From: Eledone cirrhosa
Taxonomy: Eukaryota
Direction of reading: 5' to 3'
DNA: 64,000 bases
Assembly: GCA_964016885.1 (NCBI GenBank)
Contig: OZ024745.1
Location: forward strand, 119,288,001-119,352,000
Below the pieces are notes generated by a model that saw nothing but the letters and a program-made list of their open reading frames with translations, did no database searches and was not told the origin of the DNA. This document shows positions 12,348-25,119 of the stretch, piece after piece. Position 1 is the first letter of the stretch. Each line of letters starts with the position of its first letter. The position numbers were made by a program, and so were the translations under genes.

Positions 12348-12973
12348 CCACTATTTATCCTTAATAAAATAAATATACATATATATAAGTGTGTGTGTGT
12401 GCATGTATACGTGTGTTTTCATGTGTGCGAGTTCATGTGTGTGTTAGTGTGTGCTTCCACTCTCACACGACGGATCTTCTTCAAATCAATGTGTAGAGTC
12501 CATTCAGTGTCCTTCACAGAATTTGAACAAGGGACATTATAGCTGCTTGACTTTTAATCTATCGATAACCATAATGGTACACACTCGAAGTAATTCTGCT
12601 TCTCCATATGAAAAATACCTTGAAATGAAACGTATTCTATATTTGGTACAGTAGTAGACTGATTCTAGATTTAAAATAACTTTACCTATTGTCCACACAG
12701 TATATTCGACATAAGCTAAGCTTACTCAGACTAGGGAAAATTGCTCGGTTACAGATTACCTTCTCAGAAACTCACCAAATAAAGACATGTCTAATTTTAG
12801 GTGAATCCAACAGGGAGCTAAAACAATTTTAAAAAGCTATCTTGTTGGTGATATTATTATTTAAATAAGATCTCAATAATGGGTATTAATTGATTCAATA
12901 AGAATTTATTTTGTCAATAATTGTAGATGCAGAGAAATTTCAATGAATTCAAAAACGAAAAGTAAACATAAAT

Positions 12974-12995
12974 ACACACACACACACACTCACAC

Positions 12996-13080
<85 letters not shown>

Positions 13081-13100
13081 AATTGTGTAGGAGAGTGGGT

Positions 13101-13144
<44 letters not shown>

Positions 13145-13263
13145 GAAATTGTGTGGGAGAATGGGTGGGTGAGAGAGAGAGGGAGAGGGAGAGAGGGAGT
13201 GAGAGAGACAGAGAAATTGTGTGGGAAAGTGGGTGGGTGAGAGAGAGAGAGAGAGAGAGAGAG
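12974..13263. repeat. Compound (CA)n/(TA)n/(GA)n microsatellite with a recurring gagaaattgtgtgggag..gggtgggt unit
   Basis: Direct reading. Confidence 0.9.
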
Positions 13264-14291
13264 GTAGAAACTTAATTCAAGTGTTACAAAAATATATATT
13301 AAAACAAATTTAAACAAATATTAAGACGGAGAAGACTGAAAAACTTACTTGAAGATAATGAAAAAGAAAAAAAAAAGATTAAATAAAATGATGCAAATGT
13401 AGCAGGTAAAAGTTTCACTTTTTCATTAGATAAGGCAGCTTGAGTGTGTATTAAATGCTAGTTCTGAGATAATATTTAAATTTTTCGAAATGGTTCCTTG
13501 TGCCTTCTTTAAAACAGTAGTTCTGAAAGAAGATGGCGAAGAGATTATAGCACACGATAATGCTGTCAAGATGGCGCAGTGCTTTAAAATGACCTGAGCC
13601 AACTAAGAAAAAGTAACATATTTTTGTTGTTTATACCCTAACTTCAAGTAATCATTTTTTTCTTCTGTTTTTTTCTTGCTTTTATGTTATTTCTTCTTTT
13701 ACCGAATTATCACAACTACGAAACTTTGATCAAACGTTTCAAAGGAAATTAAAAGAAAACAGAAAACTTCGCAAATGTTCGTCGTTATTTTTCTCTCGTG
13801 ACTTTTACCATTCTAACTTACACCATTATCACTAACAGACCCACCACCTTTAACAACGCCAACACAGCCACCCTCATGAATACTATCCCTTCCACTGTTT
13901 CCTTATCTGACATCACTTTGTTCAAAATACTCACTTAATTTCACTGAAAGCAAAATTATTTATTTTCTTTTATACCAACATTTTGAAATAACTATAAAGA
14001 CGATCTACCAAGGTCGCAGTAATAACTTTAATTAGTTGATCGAACAAAACAAGGGAATTTCAAGGTTTTATTTTATCATGATATATGCCAATATATTTAT
14101 AATGTAAATGTTCACTAGAATCAGAGAAGAGTTAACAATAACACTACAAAATATTTTGTCAACCTTCAAGGAATATTTGTGACCGTGATTGGTACAAGAC
14201 ATGCCAATTTAGTCATGCCATGCTCAAAGGTCCTGTATGTATGTATGTATGTATGTATGTATGTATGTATGTATGTATGTATGTATGTATG

Positions 14292-14560
14292 TTTTGTTTT
14301 TAGTCCTGCAGGATGTCCAAAATCATCCTCCTCACCAAGAAACCTTAGTGGGGTTGCCAGTTTAGTCGCCAACGACCCGACCATGAGACAGGTTGTACTG
14401 GGATACATGTTACATTGTCAAAGGGCAAAGGAGCTCTTAAGAGTCAATAGCCATCCAAAATCACCGGGAGAGATGACCCCTTAGCCTTTTTCAAGGCAGA
14501 ATTCTAGGAGAAGGAAACCTCTGATATAACACCTGCAACCCTGATGGTATCCAATGATGT
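14292..14560. mobile_element. LINE (RTE-like) 5' leader fragment, internally inverted; colinear copy at 18395-18545
   Basis: 14292-14397 is the reverse complement of 18396-18505, while 14416-14460 matches 18513-18545 in direct orientation; contains taggagaaggaaacctctga. Confidence 0.5.
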
Positions 14561-15025
14561 TGACTTGTTTTTCTTTTTGGTAAATATCATATTGGTTAAG
14601 AGAGTGGGACTGGCTTTTTGCAGTGCTTTTGCTCACTATAAAAGCTTCACGGCACAGGCATTGCTTTGTATCTGGAGATCTCTCTGCACTTCTCGTCACA
14701 TGGTACCATGGACCCAGCACTATGTGTCAATAATTGTCACAAGTGTAGTGTTTGTACCAGAGTTTTCAAGTCGCTGGCTGGACTAAAAAGTCACACTCAT
14801 TCAGCGCATTGGTAGGGGTTCTCCTACACGGATATAAAGTAGTGGCCGTACTCGAAAACGAGTTGGCAGCCACCATGTATGTATGTATATTTAGAGAGAG
14901 AGAGTTAGTTTCACAACAAATTAGCAATGGTTTGCTAATTTTCTGTGGAACTAACTTTGTACTAAACTCGTCCTATGGACTGAGTGCTCTACTTACTACG
15001 GATATAACCTCCTGGTTTTTTACCG

Positions 15026-15060
<35 letters not shown>

Positions 15061-15412
15061 AAAATAAGTTGTTTTTTTAAAAGAGATGTCCCACGTGGGT
15101 GAAAGTATAGGGAACAGAAATTGTAAATGCAACTGGGTTTTTTTAATAATATTTTTTTTTTTGTCGGTTTCACAGTTCCTATGATTTTCAAAATAAAAAT
15201 TGAGAGATTAAGGTTTTGTGTTTCTGTTGTGGTTTGTCTCCTCATTATATATATAACAGAGAAGGTGTGGTAAGAAACCAGGTGGACCATAACGCACCAG
15301 GGTACTCGATACATAGGGTAGTAGAGTGGGTAATAGGAAAAGAGTCAGGACCCCGACGGCTGAGCTCCGGCCGTTTCGACAGCTAGATCCGAAATAACCC
15401 AGCAGTTAGTTA

Positions 15413-15467
<55 letters not shown>

Positions 15468-15888
15468 TCCATTTTTGGTAAAAAGAGGAGCAAGCTGGAG
15501 AAAGCTCTCAACAGTCGTAGTTTTTAGTTACGATGAAGAATTTTATAAAAAAAAAAAAATAATAATGCTGATGTTACATAAATCGTTTAATCTGCTCGTG
15601 TGTCTGCTGGACACACGAGCAGATGAGGTGTGTTTTTTCCTGCCGGCAGCATATCACTAAATCGGATTTCATCTGAGGATACCGTTCTCATATCAACAAC
15701 AAATGCATGAAGGACTTCTCGATTGTATGGAGAACCGTGGAAATAATTAAAAGGATTAAACGATTTATGTAATATCAGTTGACTTTGCCTTTCATCCTTA
15801 CGGGGTCGAAAAAATAAAGTACCAGTAATGCACTGGGTAATTGCTGGCCTTGTGCCTAAAGTAGAAACAATTATTATGTTATATATAT

Positions 15889-15920
15889 GCTAGCAGAATG
15901 GCCCGGCGTTGCTCGGGATT
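15889..15920 (-). mobile_element. Helitron 3' terminus
   Basis: Minus strand cccgagcaacgccggg hairpin followed by ccattctgCTAG. Confidence 0.65.
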
Positions 15921-16074
15921 TGCTCTAGGGTTCTTAAATATTTGATATATATTTATCCCTATCGACCCTCGTGAAATAAATACGTATGTTTATATTTTGT
16001 TATTGTGTATGCTACTAAGTATTGAGTACTTTGGTGCGTTATGGTCCACCTGGTTCCTTACCACATTTCCTTCG

Positions 16075-16108
<34 letters not shown>

Positions 16109-16409
16109 GCAGTCCCCTGGCTATATAGGATTACTACGACCCGGCAATGCAGCATAATATACTGGGTTACATATTACCAGCAGTGGCCAAGACTGATATA
16201 ATTTTAAAGAGAACAAGTGTAGCTGAGGTAAAGTTCTTATGTCATAAGGTTGTTGTGAGTTGCGGGTGTGTGGAGTTTTGGCTGTTTCTTAGACATTATA
16301 GCGTTTATGTGGTGAAGCGAGGGTGCTGGGCTATAAATGATTGGGAAAAATTGAATTAATATATTCATAAATATGTCTAAATGATAACACTAAGCATTCA
16401 CAAACACAT

Positions 16410-16972
16410 AGACCAGGTCCGAACACAGAGGAGCTGAACTCCCACTGTCATCGCTTCAAATCTCTCTCGCCCTCCGTATCACCTCCATCTCTCTCGCCCT
16501 CCTCATCACATACAAATACACCGGATCCGAACATAGAGGAGCCTAACTCCCACTGTCATCACCACCATCTCTCTCGCCCTCCCCATCATACACACACCCA
16601 CCAGGTCCGAACACAGAGGAGCCGAACTCCCACTGTCATCGCCTCCATCTCTCTCGTCCTCCTCATCACCTCCATCTCTCTCGCCCTCTCCATCTCACAT
16701 GTACACCAAGTCCGAACACAGAGGAGCCGAACTCCCACTGTCATCGCCTCCATCTCTCTCGTCCTCCTCATCACCACCATCTCTCTCGCCCTCCCCATCA
16801 TACACACACCCACCAGGTCCGAACACAGAGGAGCCGAACTCCCACTGTCATCGCCTCCATCTCTCTCGTCCTCCTCATCACCACCATCTCTCTCGCCCTC
16901 CCCATCATACACACACCCACCAGGTCCGAACACAGAGGAGCCGAACTCCCACTGTCATCGCCTCCATCTCTC
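16410..16972. repeat. Minisatellite, ~107 bp unit, about six copies
   Basis: Recurring ccgaacacagaggagccgaactcccactgtcatcgcctccatctctctcg with internal ~26 bp subrepeats. Confidence 0.9.
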
Positions 16973-17657
16973 TGATGCGATACTTAGAGTCTTCTCGTTG
17001 CTTATTTTATAGATCTAGGAGCAATGCAAAGAAATGTTGCCTAAGTGGTATTTGAATTGAGAAGGAAGAGTGACAAAAAGCCGTGAAGAATGGCGAGAGG
17101 CAATGAAACCATATACTAGAACACATTTATTTTGTAAGACGCTCTACCTTTTTTGCTAATTGATTGTTCTCTGGGCATGTACAAATGAAAATTGAGCTGA
17201 GTATGGGTTTGTGGTTTTTAATGTGCACCTATGGTTTGCTATACACATGTGTATAACGCGGATTTGTATGTATGTATGTATGTATGTATGTATGTATATT
17301 ATGTTTGTATGTACGTACGTGTATGTGTGTATCTATGTGTTTTTGTATGTTTGTATGTATATAAGTATGTTTGTATGCATGCATGTATGTATATATGTAT
17401 ATGTTTCTCCTATAGTTGCTTTGATAAAGATATCAAATATAATGCTTGATGAAAGGCTGCCATTTTCATTGTCACTTTGTGTTAGTGTTAATATTGCGTC
17501 ATGTCTTTGTGACTATGGAAATAAGGAGGAAACAAGCAAATGTAGCAAAGCGCGCCCACAGCACTGTGTTAGCAAACTAAATGTAAAACAAAACATGTTG
17601 ACAGTTAAAGACTGAGATGTATTCATGAAGTAATATATGAATATATCTGGTAATAAT

Positions 17658-17847
17658 TGTTTCTACTTTTTTGGCGCAAGGCCAGCAATTACCCAGTACA
17701 TTACTGGTACTTTATTTTATCGACCCCCGTAAGGATGAAAGGCAAAGTTAACCTCGGCGGGATTTGAACTCAGACCACAAAGGGCCGTAACTCTATGCTG
17801 CAATGCATGGCGTCCGACCCTCTACCGATACTGCCAATCCACCGCCC
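17658..17847 (-). mobile_element. Full-length SINE family 1 with a 16-bp target site duplication
   Basis: TSD tatatctggtaataat at 17642-17657 and 17850-17865; head gggcggtggattggcagtatcgg. Confidence 0.92.
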
Positions 17848-18859
17848 TGTATATCTGGTAATAATAATGATTAAAATAGTGATGAGTTGGAAAAAAAAGA
17901 TTTCTTTGTATATGGCTAGAAGAGTTAAGTTTTAAAATAAAGATTTCTTTGTGTATGGTTAGAAGAGTTAAGTTGTAGGTTTTTCATGTCTATGGTAAAG
18001 AAGCTTGTCGATTGAAACGTTCCAGAACTTGACTGGTAGAATTTTTTAATATCAAACTATTGTGAAAATCTAAACGAATATAACTAAACATCGTAGGTCA
18101 TTTGGTCTATATCTCCATAGATACTGCCATCCTCCTCCACATGAAATCCTTCGAGCTTGTAATGATTTTTTACACAGACACAATACCAGTAATGTGCGGA
18201 TCCGTAGACACAGGATTATATCGCTCCCAGTATATATTTTATGGAGTTGGAAAGGATGGAAAGTACAGTTAATCTCGGTGTAATTTCAACTCAGAACGTA
18301 AAGAGCCGGAACAAATATATTATTTTATCAGTCACTTCATCATATCATCATATATCAGGTCACTCTCGAGTGATACTGGTAACATTTAACCCATTACAAC
18401 CTGTCTCATGGTCGGGTCCTCGGTGACTAAACCGACAACCCCACCAAGTTTAGTTGGTGAAGAGGGGGATGTTGGACACCCTACAGGACAAAAAACAAAA
18501 CCTGACAAAGGGCGGAAGAACTCATAAGTGTCAACGGCCATCTAAAAGAAAAAAAGAAAAAATTATATATATTAAAATAACAGATTTAAGTTTAAGCAAA
18601 TAGTCGCTGCTTTCGCCCTTAACGGGATCTTCTGAAACTAAAAAAAATCAATCTGTGAACGCAGAAGTAAATATTTTGAAAAACGTTACACACTATATAT
18701 ATATTTAAATATACACACACACTTTATATACATATATACCTACACACAGCGTCATAATGTCGTAATGCAGACAGTCAGACATACAGACATATATTATAAG
18801 GGCGCAACGTTATATCAATGTATCTATCTAAAATGAAAGACTAAGAATTATAGAGAGAG

Positions 18860-19050
18860 ATCGCTAAATCGCGTAATGTGGTCCCTAGGGCATTGGAAAT
18901 GTGAAATTGGTTTGCTCAAAACACTCACAGGACCATAAGTATTACATGTGTAAAGTTTGAAAACAATCGGTTGGGTGGTTCTCGAGTTTTACGGAGTCAG
19001 ACAGAGGGACAGACAGACAGACAGACATTCTCTGTTTTAGATATATAGAT
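18860..19050 (-). mobile_element. Non-autonomous Helitron 5' end
   Basis: Minus strand begins a|tctatatatctaaaacagagaatgtctgtctgtctgtc: TC start and (GTCT)n tract typical of non-autonomous Helitrons. Confidence 0.55.
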
Positions 19051-19255
19051 AATAATAATAGACACAAACACATATATATAGTTTATAGTTGATAAACTAT
19101 ATCTATAGATAATAATAATTGTTTCTACTTTAGGCACAAGGCAAGCAATTTTGGGAGGAGGGGAAAGTCGATTAAATCAGTCCCAGTGTATTACTGATAC
19201 TTTATTTTATCGACTCCTTAAGGATGAAAGGCAAAGCTAATAATAATAATAATTT

Positions 19256-22200
19256 TTTTATTGGCCACAAGGGCCGATATATAGAGGAAAATACGAAAGA
19301 CAGAGACAGTGGCGGCTTTTACATAAATACGTGTAAACAATATAGATAAGAATAACAAAATAACAAGAAAAATATAACAATGAAAATTCCCCAATACGGG
19401 CGATAACCACCCAGGGTCGGCTCGGTTACAATACCATTCCTGAACTACCCAATGTTTGGAAGGCACCCCTAAACCCCTCAAATCAACCAGCCAACAGGCG
19501 CATGTTGTGTAGCCCAATTCACACTGGCCATTCTCACCACATTCACCTACCTTTTAACAAATGTCCATGGGGCAGCATTTCTCTCTCCATCCTTATCTTC
19601 ATTTCCAAGTAAAACTTGAAAAAATTGATGAGGGATTAGCCAAAGAGAAAAGTGTCTGTCTTCAGTCATTTCAACCTGGTCCACTGCAAAACCATCTTCG
19701 TTACTGCCACAAGACAGAAAGAAATTGCCAAGCCTTCCTGGCCAAAAGAAGGCGGCGGGCAATATTCACTATGGACTTGTTCGATAGCCGGATCCGTCCT
19801 ACACACGACAAACGCAGTTTGACATAACTCCACAAGTCAGTAATGCGATGACGACACTGAACAAGTGCGCGCGAAACGCTTTCGTCACTCTGCGCGCATC
19901 TCGGGTCAGTTCGTTTAACAGCACTTCCGTGTCAATAGAGTTTATCTCGAACCGGCAGTGATCCCCGGAAGCCCTGCAAAGCGAGGGATTTCTGGAGCTT
20001 ATCCTTCGTCCCCGGATCGAAGGTACTCCGAAACAGACTGAACAGTTAAACTTTTTCGACGTCCAGATGCTCTCCATGTGCTTCGTCACATTTACCCACC
20101 ACTAATCCTCTATAGAACTCGAGAGTGGAAGTTCCACTGACCGCATTGCCCTTCTGGCAGAGGGCCGTGAATGTCTGGCAACATTCTAGATGCCAGGTGC
20201 CCAGTCTCGGTCGCTACTTGACCCAACATTGCAGCGCAGTCAAAGAGACGAGCTGCGAAAGTCCCGTATGACAAACAACGACCACACCCGTTTACCGTTT
20301 AGGCAGAATATCTGGAGATGCTGCAGCCTCAGCGGATGTTTGCGTACCATTAACCACGACACGCCCAGCCCTCCGCGTAGAGGGTGCTGGCAGCAGATGG
20401 ACCGCCTCACTTACGGAACCTCCACACGTAGTTGAAATGGAGCCGTTCCAATTTGGCGAGGCCCGAACGGAGGTAGAGCATGATGGTCATGCGGTAGTAG
20501 ATGGCGGACGCGATGTACGCGTTCGACTCATTGGCCCATCATGGACAGCTTCTCTCGATCCATTTCTGGATGAGAGTGGCAACACTGTTCGTAAACTCGT
20601 TCCAATTCTTATCCACCTGGAGGTCTTGTCTTAACCAGACCCCAAACAACTTTGCGGGCCCGTCCGTCCAGCACCAGACGACGCTGATAGATGGAGTGGA
20701 CTTGCCTTTCAAGGTGCCGAGCTGCAAGCTCATCGGCTTTTCCGGGTTTAGCTCTGCGTCAACCTTTCATATTCCTCGAGGATATCTACCAACTCGATTT
20801 TCGAGGTGTTCGATACCAGCACGGTGATGCCCGCATAAGCCTACACAGCCTTTGCATGTCCCGGTTCGAGCAGGATGCTTTGCAACAGCTCCAGCTTCCG
20901 CAGTAAAAGCTCGAGAGTCAATACACACAGAAGTGAGGAGACAGGGCACTCTTGATTGACCAATCGGTAGAACTGAACTGGTTCCGAAAAAGGGTCATTA
21001 ATTTTGACCACCGAGCAGATGCCACTGTGCATTGCAATGATTCAGCCTCTGAATATGGGACAGAAGTCGGCTGCCTTGAGGACAGACTGTAGGTATCAAC
21101 GGTCGACCATATCAAAATATTTCAATGGATCTAAATTGATCAGAGCCCCACCGAAGCTAGTTTTACACCCTACCCTCTCTATGATGTATCGCCTGAAGTG
21201 CAGGTTGTTGTGTATTGACCTGGTGGGGATTGCACCTCACTTACCAAATCCTCGACGACAAGCGCCAAACTATTTGCTAAAACCTTGACCAAAATGTTAA
21301 CCACTGTGTTTAGCAGAGTTACGAGCCTGAAGTTGTCTAACGTATCCGAATTGAGCATCTTGAATCTCGTCTGAAGTTATCGCCTTTCGCAGCGTTCAGC
21401 ATCGGCTGGCGTGATACGCGGTAGGCAATCGACGTGGTGTCTAAAATCCGCTTCCGTCTACGTCGCTCCTCGTTCCCCATTCCCGGCCGACTGAGAGATG
21501 CGAAGATATGATAGTCGTCGAAAATGAGGGTTAGTGTGCGCTGTTTAGAAGGCCTGGTTCCGCAGTCATAACCATATCTAGTGTGTTGTGTGTCTTGTTT
21601 TGTTCTTGTGTTTGTTTGTATTTGAACGATTGTGGTAGTGATGGTGGGGGTTTTGGTGGTGTTGGTGGTGTTGTGTTTGTGTTTGTTGTGTGTGCTTGGT
21701 GTCTGCATTTTCTGTTGTGAGTGTGAGTGTGTGCGTGTGTGTGTGGTGTGTGGACTTTTATTGTGCATACTCTTGTGTTTTCTTTGCTTTTGGTATTGCC
21801 TCGTCTTCACTACTGGGAGATAAGGTGTCTGTATCTGTGTGAGTTCTTGTGTTTGTCTCAATGTGTGAACTTTCCTTGTCTTCCCCCTGGGTGGTCCACG
21901 TTGGTGATTGCGTTGAGGTCGTTGAGCAGGTGACACTGCTTCCAAGACGATCCCAGTCCAAGTGAATTTACACTGCCTATGAAGCCACGTTCGGTGAAGG
22001 GGAGGAAAAGTGGGGAAGGTCCAACCATCTTTGTCTTTTGGGGGAAGGACGGTTGGCCACATGTGGGTAAAGAACTTTCTCAAATTTTCAAAGTAATAAT
22101 TTCTCCTAAGCTGTACGTTTTCTTAAAATGCCGAAGAGAAAGAACTATAAATAGTATTCCCCACCGCTCCCTGTTAAAATAGCTTGACAGATTTTATAGC
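19256..22200 (-). mobile_element. Decayed Tx1/L1-clade LINE (endonuclease remnant, RT, C-terminus, 3' UTR)
   Basis: Frameshifted peptides LQLGTLKGKS..AKLFGVWL..DKNWNE and RLVNQECPVSSLLCVLTLELLLRKL; colinear with 28718-30570 and 58645-61590. Confidence 0.85.
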
Positions 22201-22537
22201 AGCGGGGACTTAAGAGAAAAGACGACATCAATCCATTTATAATCTGATGTTGCTGACCTCAAACCGGTCATGAAGGAGAGAGAAGGTATCCCGACAAAGA
22301 CAAAAATACTAAGCCTAGGCAAATACAAAACCAAAAACACAAACATCAGAAATGAACAACAATGACAACAACAAAACTACAAACGGTAGTCACAAGAACA
22401 AAAAAACAACAATGATAATAGTGATACTAAGATTAATGATAACAGAAATAATAATGGTGGTGGTTGTGGTAATGATTTATTTATTAAAAACAAAGGGTTT
22501 AGATGAAGAGAACATTAAGGACAACACTAATAATAAT

Positions 22538-22745
22538 GATTTCTAGTATAGGCACAAGGCCAGTAATTTGGGGGGAGGAGAAGTCGATTAATTCAACCCC
22601 AGTACGTTACTGGTGCTTTATTTTATCGACCCGGTAAGAATGAAAGGCAAAGTTAACCTCGGCGGGATTTGAACTCAGACCGTAAAGGACTCTATGCTAC
22701 AAAGCATGGTGTCCGACTCTACCGTTACTGCGAATCCACCGCCCT
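22538..22745 (-). mobile_element. tRNA-derived SINE family 1
   Basis: Family body with B box gagttcaaatc. Confidence 0.85.
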
Positions 22746-22756
22746 GATAATAATAA

Positions 22757-25100
22757 AACCCGTAGCCAAGAAATAACTGGCTGGCACCCGACGGCGAGTA
22801 GCTGTGTCTCATAGGCAGGATTAGCTCACTAATCTTGGTTCACAATCGTTCGCGAGATGGTATCTTGAACAAAATTACCTCTTGGCGGTGAAGAATAAAC
22901 CGCATAAAGAAACAACAAAAAAGCCCCTACAGTGTCTTCAAACAAAATCACATACCGGAGTGGTCATCGTCAGGGTCAACAAGGTTTGCGTCCTCCAGGG
23001 AGGAATCAGCCAAATATTAAAACGTCTGTAGCTTCAAATGAGTTCTCCAAATACTGACTTGAAAGGTCACTTGAGCGAGAATAATCTAAACCAAAGCCGC
23101 CCAAATTCAGCATCACAAGAAAGACAAAAATACTCAACGCATCAAATAGATTGGAGAAGCTATAAAGAAGAGACTATGTATTCTATGACTTATTGGGCAA
23201 ACCATCGGCACAGTAAATTCTATTTGAGTATAGAAGGAAATAAATCCAGAAATGAGACCAGCATGGACAAAAAGAGATATTCTTAGAAACAAGAGACTAA
23301 CAGATGCAGAGTTAAATGAAATTAAGACGAAAGTTGAAAAAGATTTGAGAATACCAATATCAGCAAAGGAATCGAAGTGAATATGTGACAGAAGAGACAT
23401 TACAAAACATATTGACTATGTTGTTACCAGGAGAGATTCCACAGAACATTGAAAGTATCAGAAACACAACAGAGCAGGGTAAAGCTGAAAGACTAATTGA
23501 CAATATCGATGAGGATATTTCTACTCATGAAGATAAAGATCAGATAGAACAAACAAAACAAGAAATTATCAATGAACTTGGAAAAAAACAACATTGGTAT
23601 GGGGGAAAGAGAGTCTTTGCAAAAATTGATAAGCAACAACCAGAACAAAAAACACATAAGATCAGGAAATCAGGCTGTTAAAGCAAGAATTGAGGAGATG
23701 GAGCCTGATATATCAGAATTAAATGGGGTTATTTATGCAGCAGCAACTGTAATAGAGAGTAAATTTGGGTTAAAGAAATGGCAAAAAAGACACAAAACTC
23801 ACAAAAATCCACCCCGGAATATAAGAATTGAGAAAGAAATTGAAATGATGAGGGGAGAAATATCGATCCTGGATAAAATATGTGCTGAGAAGTCTCTGAA
23901 CTCAAGAAAAGGAAGGCAAGTGATTAAAAAATACAAAGTTACTTCAAAACTTTATATTCCATCAACCAAAGCAACCATGAAACAATGTACGGCTGAAAGC
24001 TCAAAGAATCAGAAAATTTGAAAAGCGAAATAGGTTTTACGGGCAAAATAAGCAATTTATTTCAGATAAAAAAAAAAGGTTTTACGGGGAAATTAGGACA
24101 CAGACACTTCAAGTAAAGGAACTCCCTTCATGGAATTGAAGAATTTTGGAAAACAGTATAGAGTACAGAACATTCTCATAATACGAATGCTGTATGGATA
24201 AAGAACACGGAGGAAACACAAGAAAGGCTGACGTAAGAAGACGTAACTATACAAGGACTGCAGTTAGTACTAAAGTAAGCCAAATGGAAATCTCTGGTAT
24301 TGATAATGTACCAAACATCTTGTTATCTTATCTATCTTCTACCCATTATACGTTAGTAAAATGTTATAACCAAATAATGTTCAATCCTGAAAATCTCCTG
24401 ATTGGTTTGCTCAAGGTACAAAATATCTCTTGCCAAAGTCGATAGTAACACATATTCCAAATAATTATCGTCCTATCACTTCCCACATCATATAAAATGT
24501 CTCACATCAATCTCGGTGGAGACAATTTACAAATTTATGGCTTAAAATCATTTTTTCCCTACCGAGCAGAAAGGTTGTCGCTGTGGGTCTTACGGGTGCA
24601 AACACAAACGCTCATTAACTGCAAGATTCTAGAAACATATCATAACAAGCACCCAAGTGTGAGTATTGCTTAGATTGACTATGAAAAAAAAGCATTTGAC
24701 AGTGTTCCTCACTCATGGATTTCTAAATATGTCTCAAGTAATATGAAACTTCCTGAAATACATGTAATTATGGAATACAAATCTATCGTTGTCACACAGT
24801 GATGGAACTAGAAATTCCAGTAGCATAAATATTGATATGTTTTAGAGTGATTCTTTTGCATGACATTCACACCGCTGTCTTTGGCACTCAAAAAAACTAA
24901 ATATGATTACAAAATAGACGACAAAACCATATATCACTTGTTTTAAATGAAACTGTATACCGAAATGACAACCAATTGGAAGGACTGTTGAAGACAAGGT
25001 GTTCACCGATGATGTAGGGATGGAGTTTGGATTGGGAAACTGAGTCAAAACAACATTTAAGAAAGGCAGAATAATAAGCGTAAACTCAATTGAAATAGAT
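22757..25100 (+). mobile_element. Decayed R4/Dong-type non-LTR element
   Basis: Broken ORF with ISELNGVIYAAATVI, NYRPIT, EQKGCRCGSYGCK and DY..AFDSVPHSW, homologous to the 50714 ORF; begins after ataataataa. Confidence 0.8.
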
Positions 25101-25119
25101 GCGAATATAATAATTGATC

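Noticed and set aside
16410-16972. CRISPR-like regular repeats
   Set aside because: No unique spacers, no cas genes, eukaryotic context; it is a minisatellite.
22757-22860. HDV-like or twister ribozyme in the R4 leader
   Set aside because: CUAAU looks like J4/2 but falls in a simple hairpin; no P3/L3 or twister GAGGG motif could be fitted.
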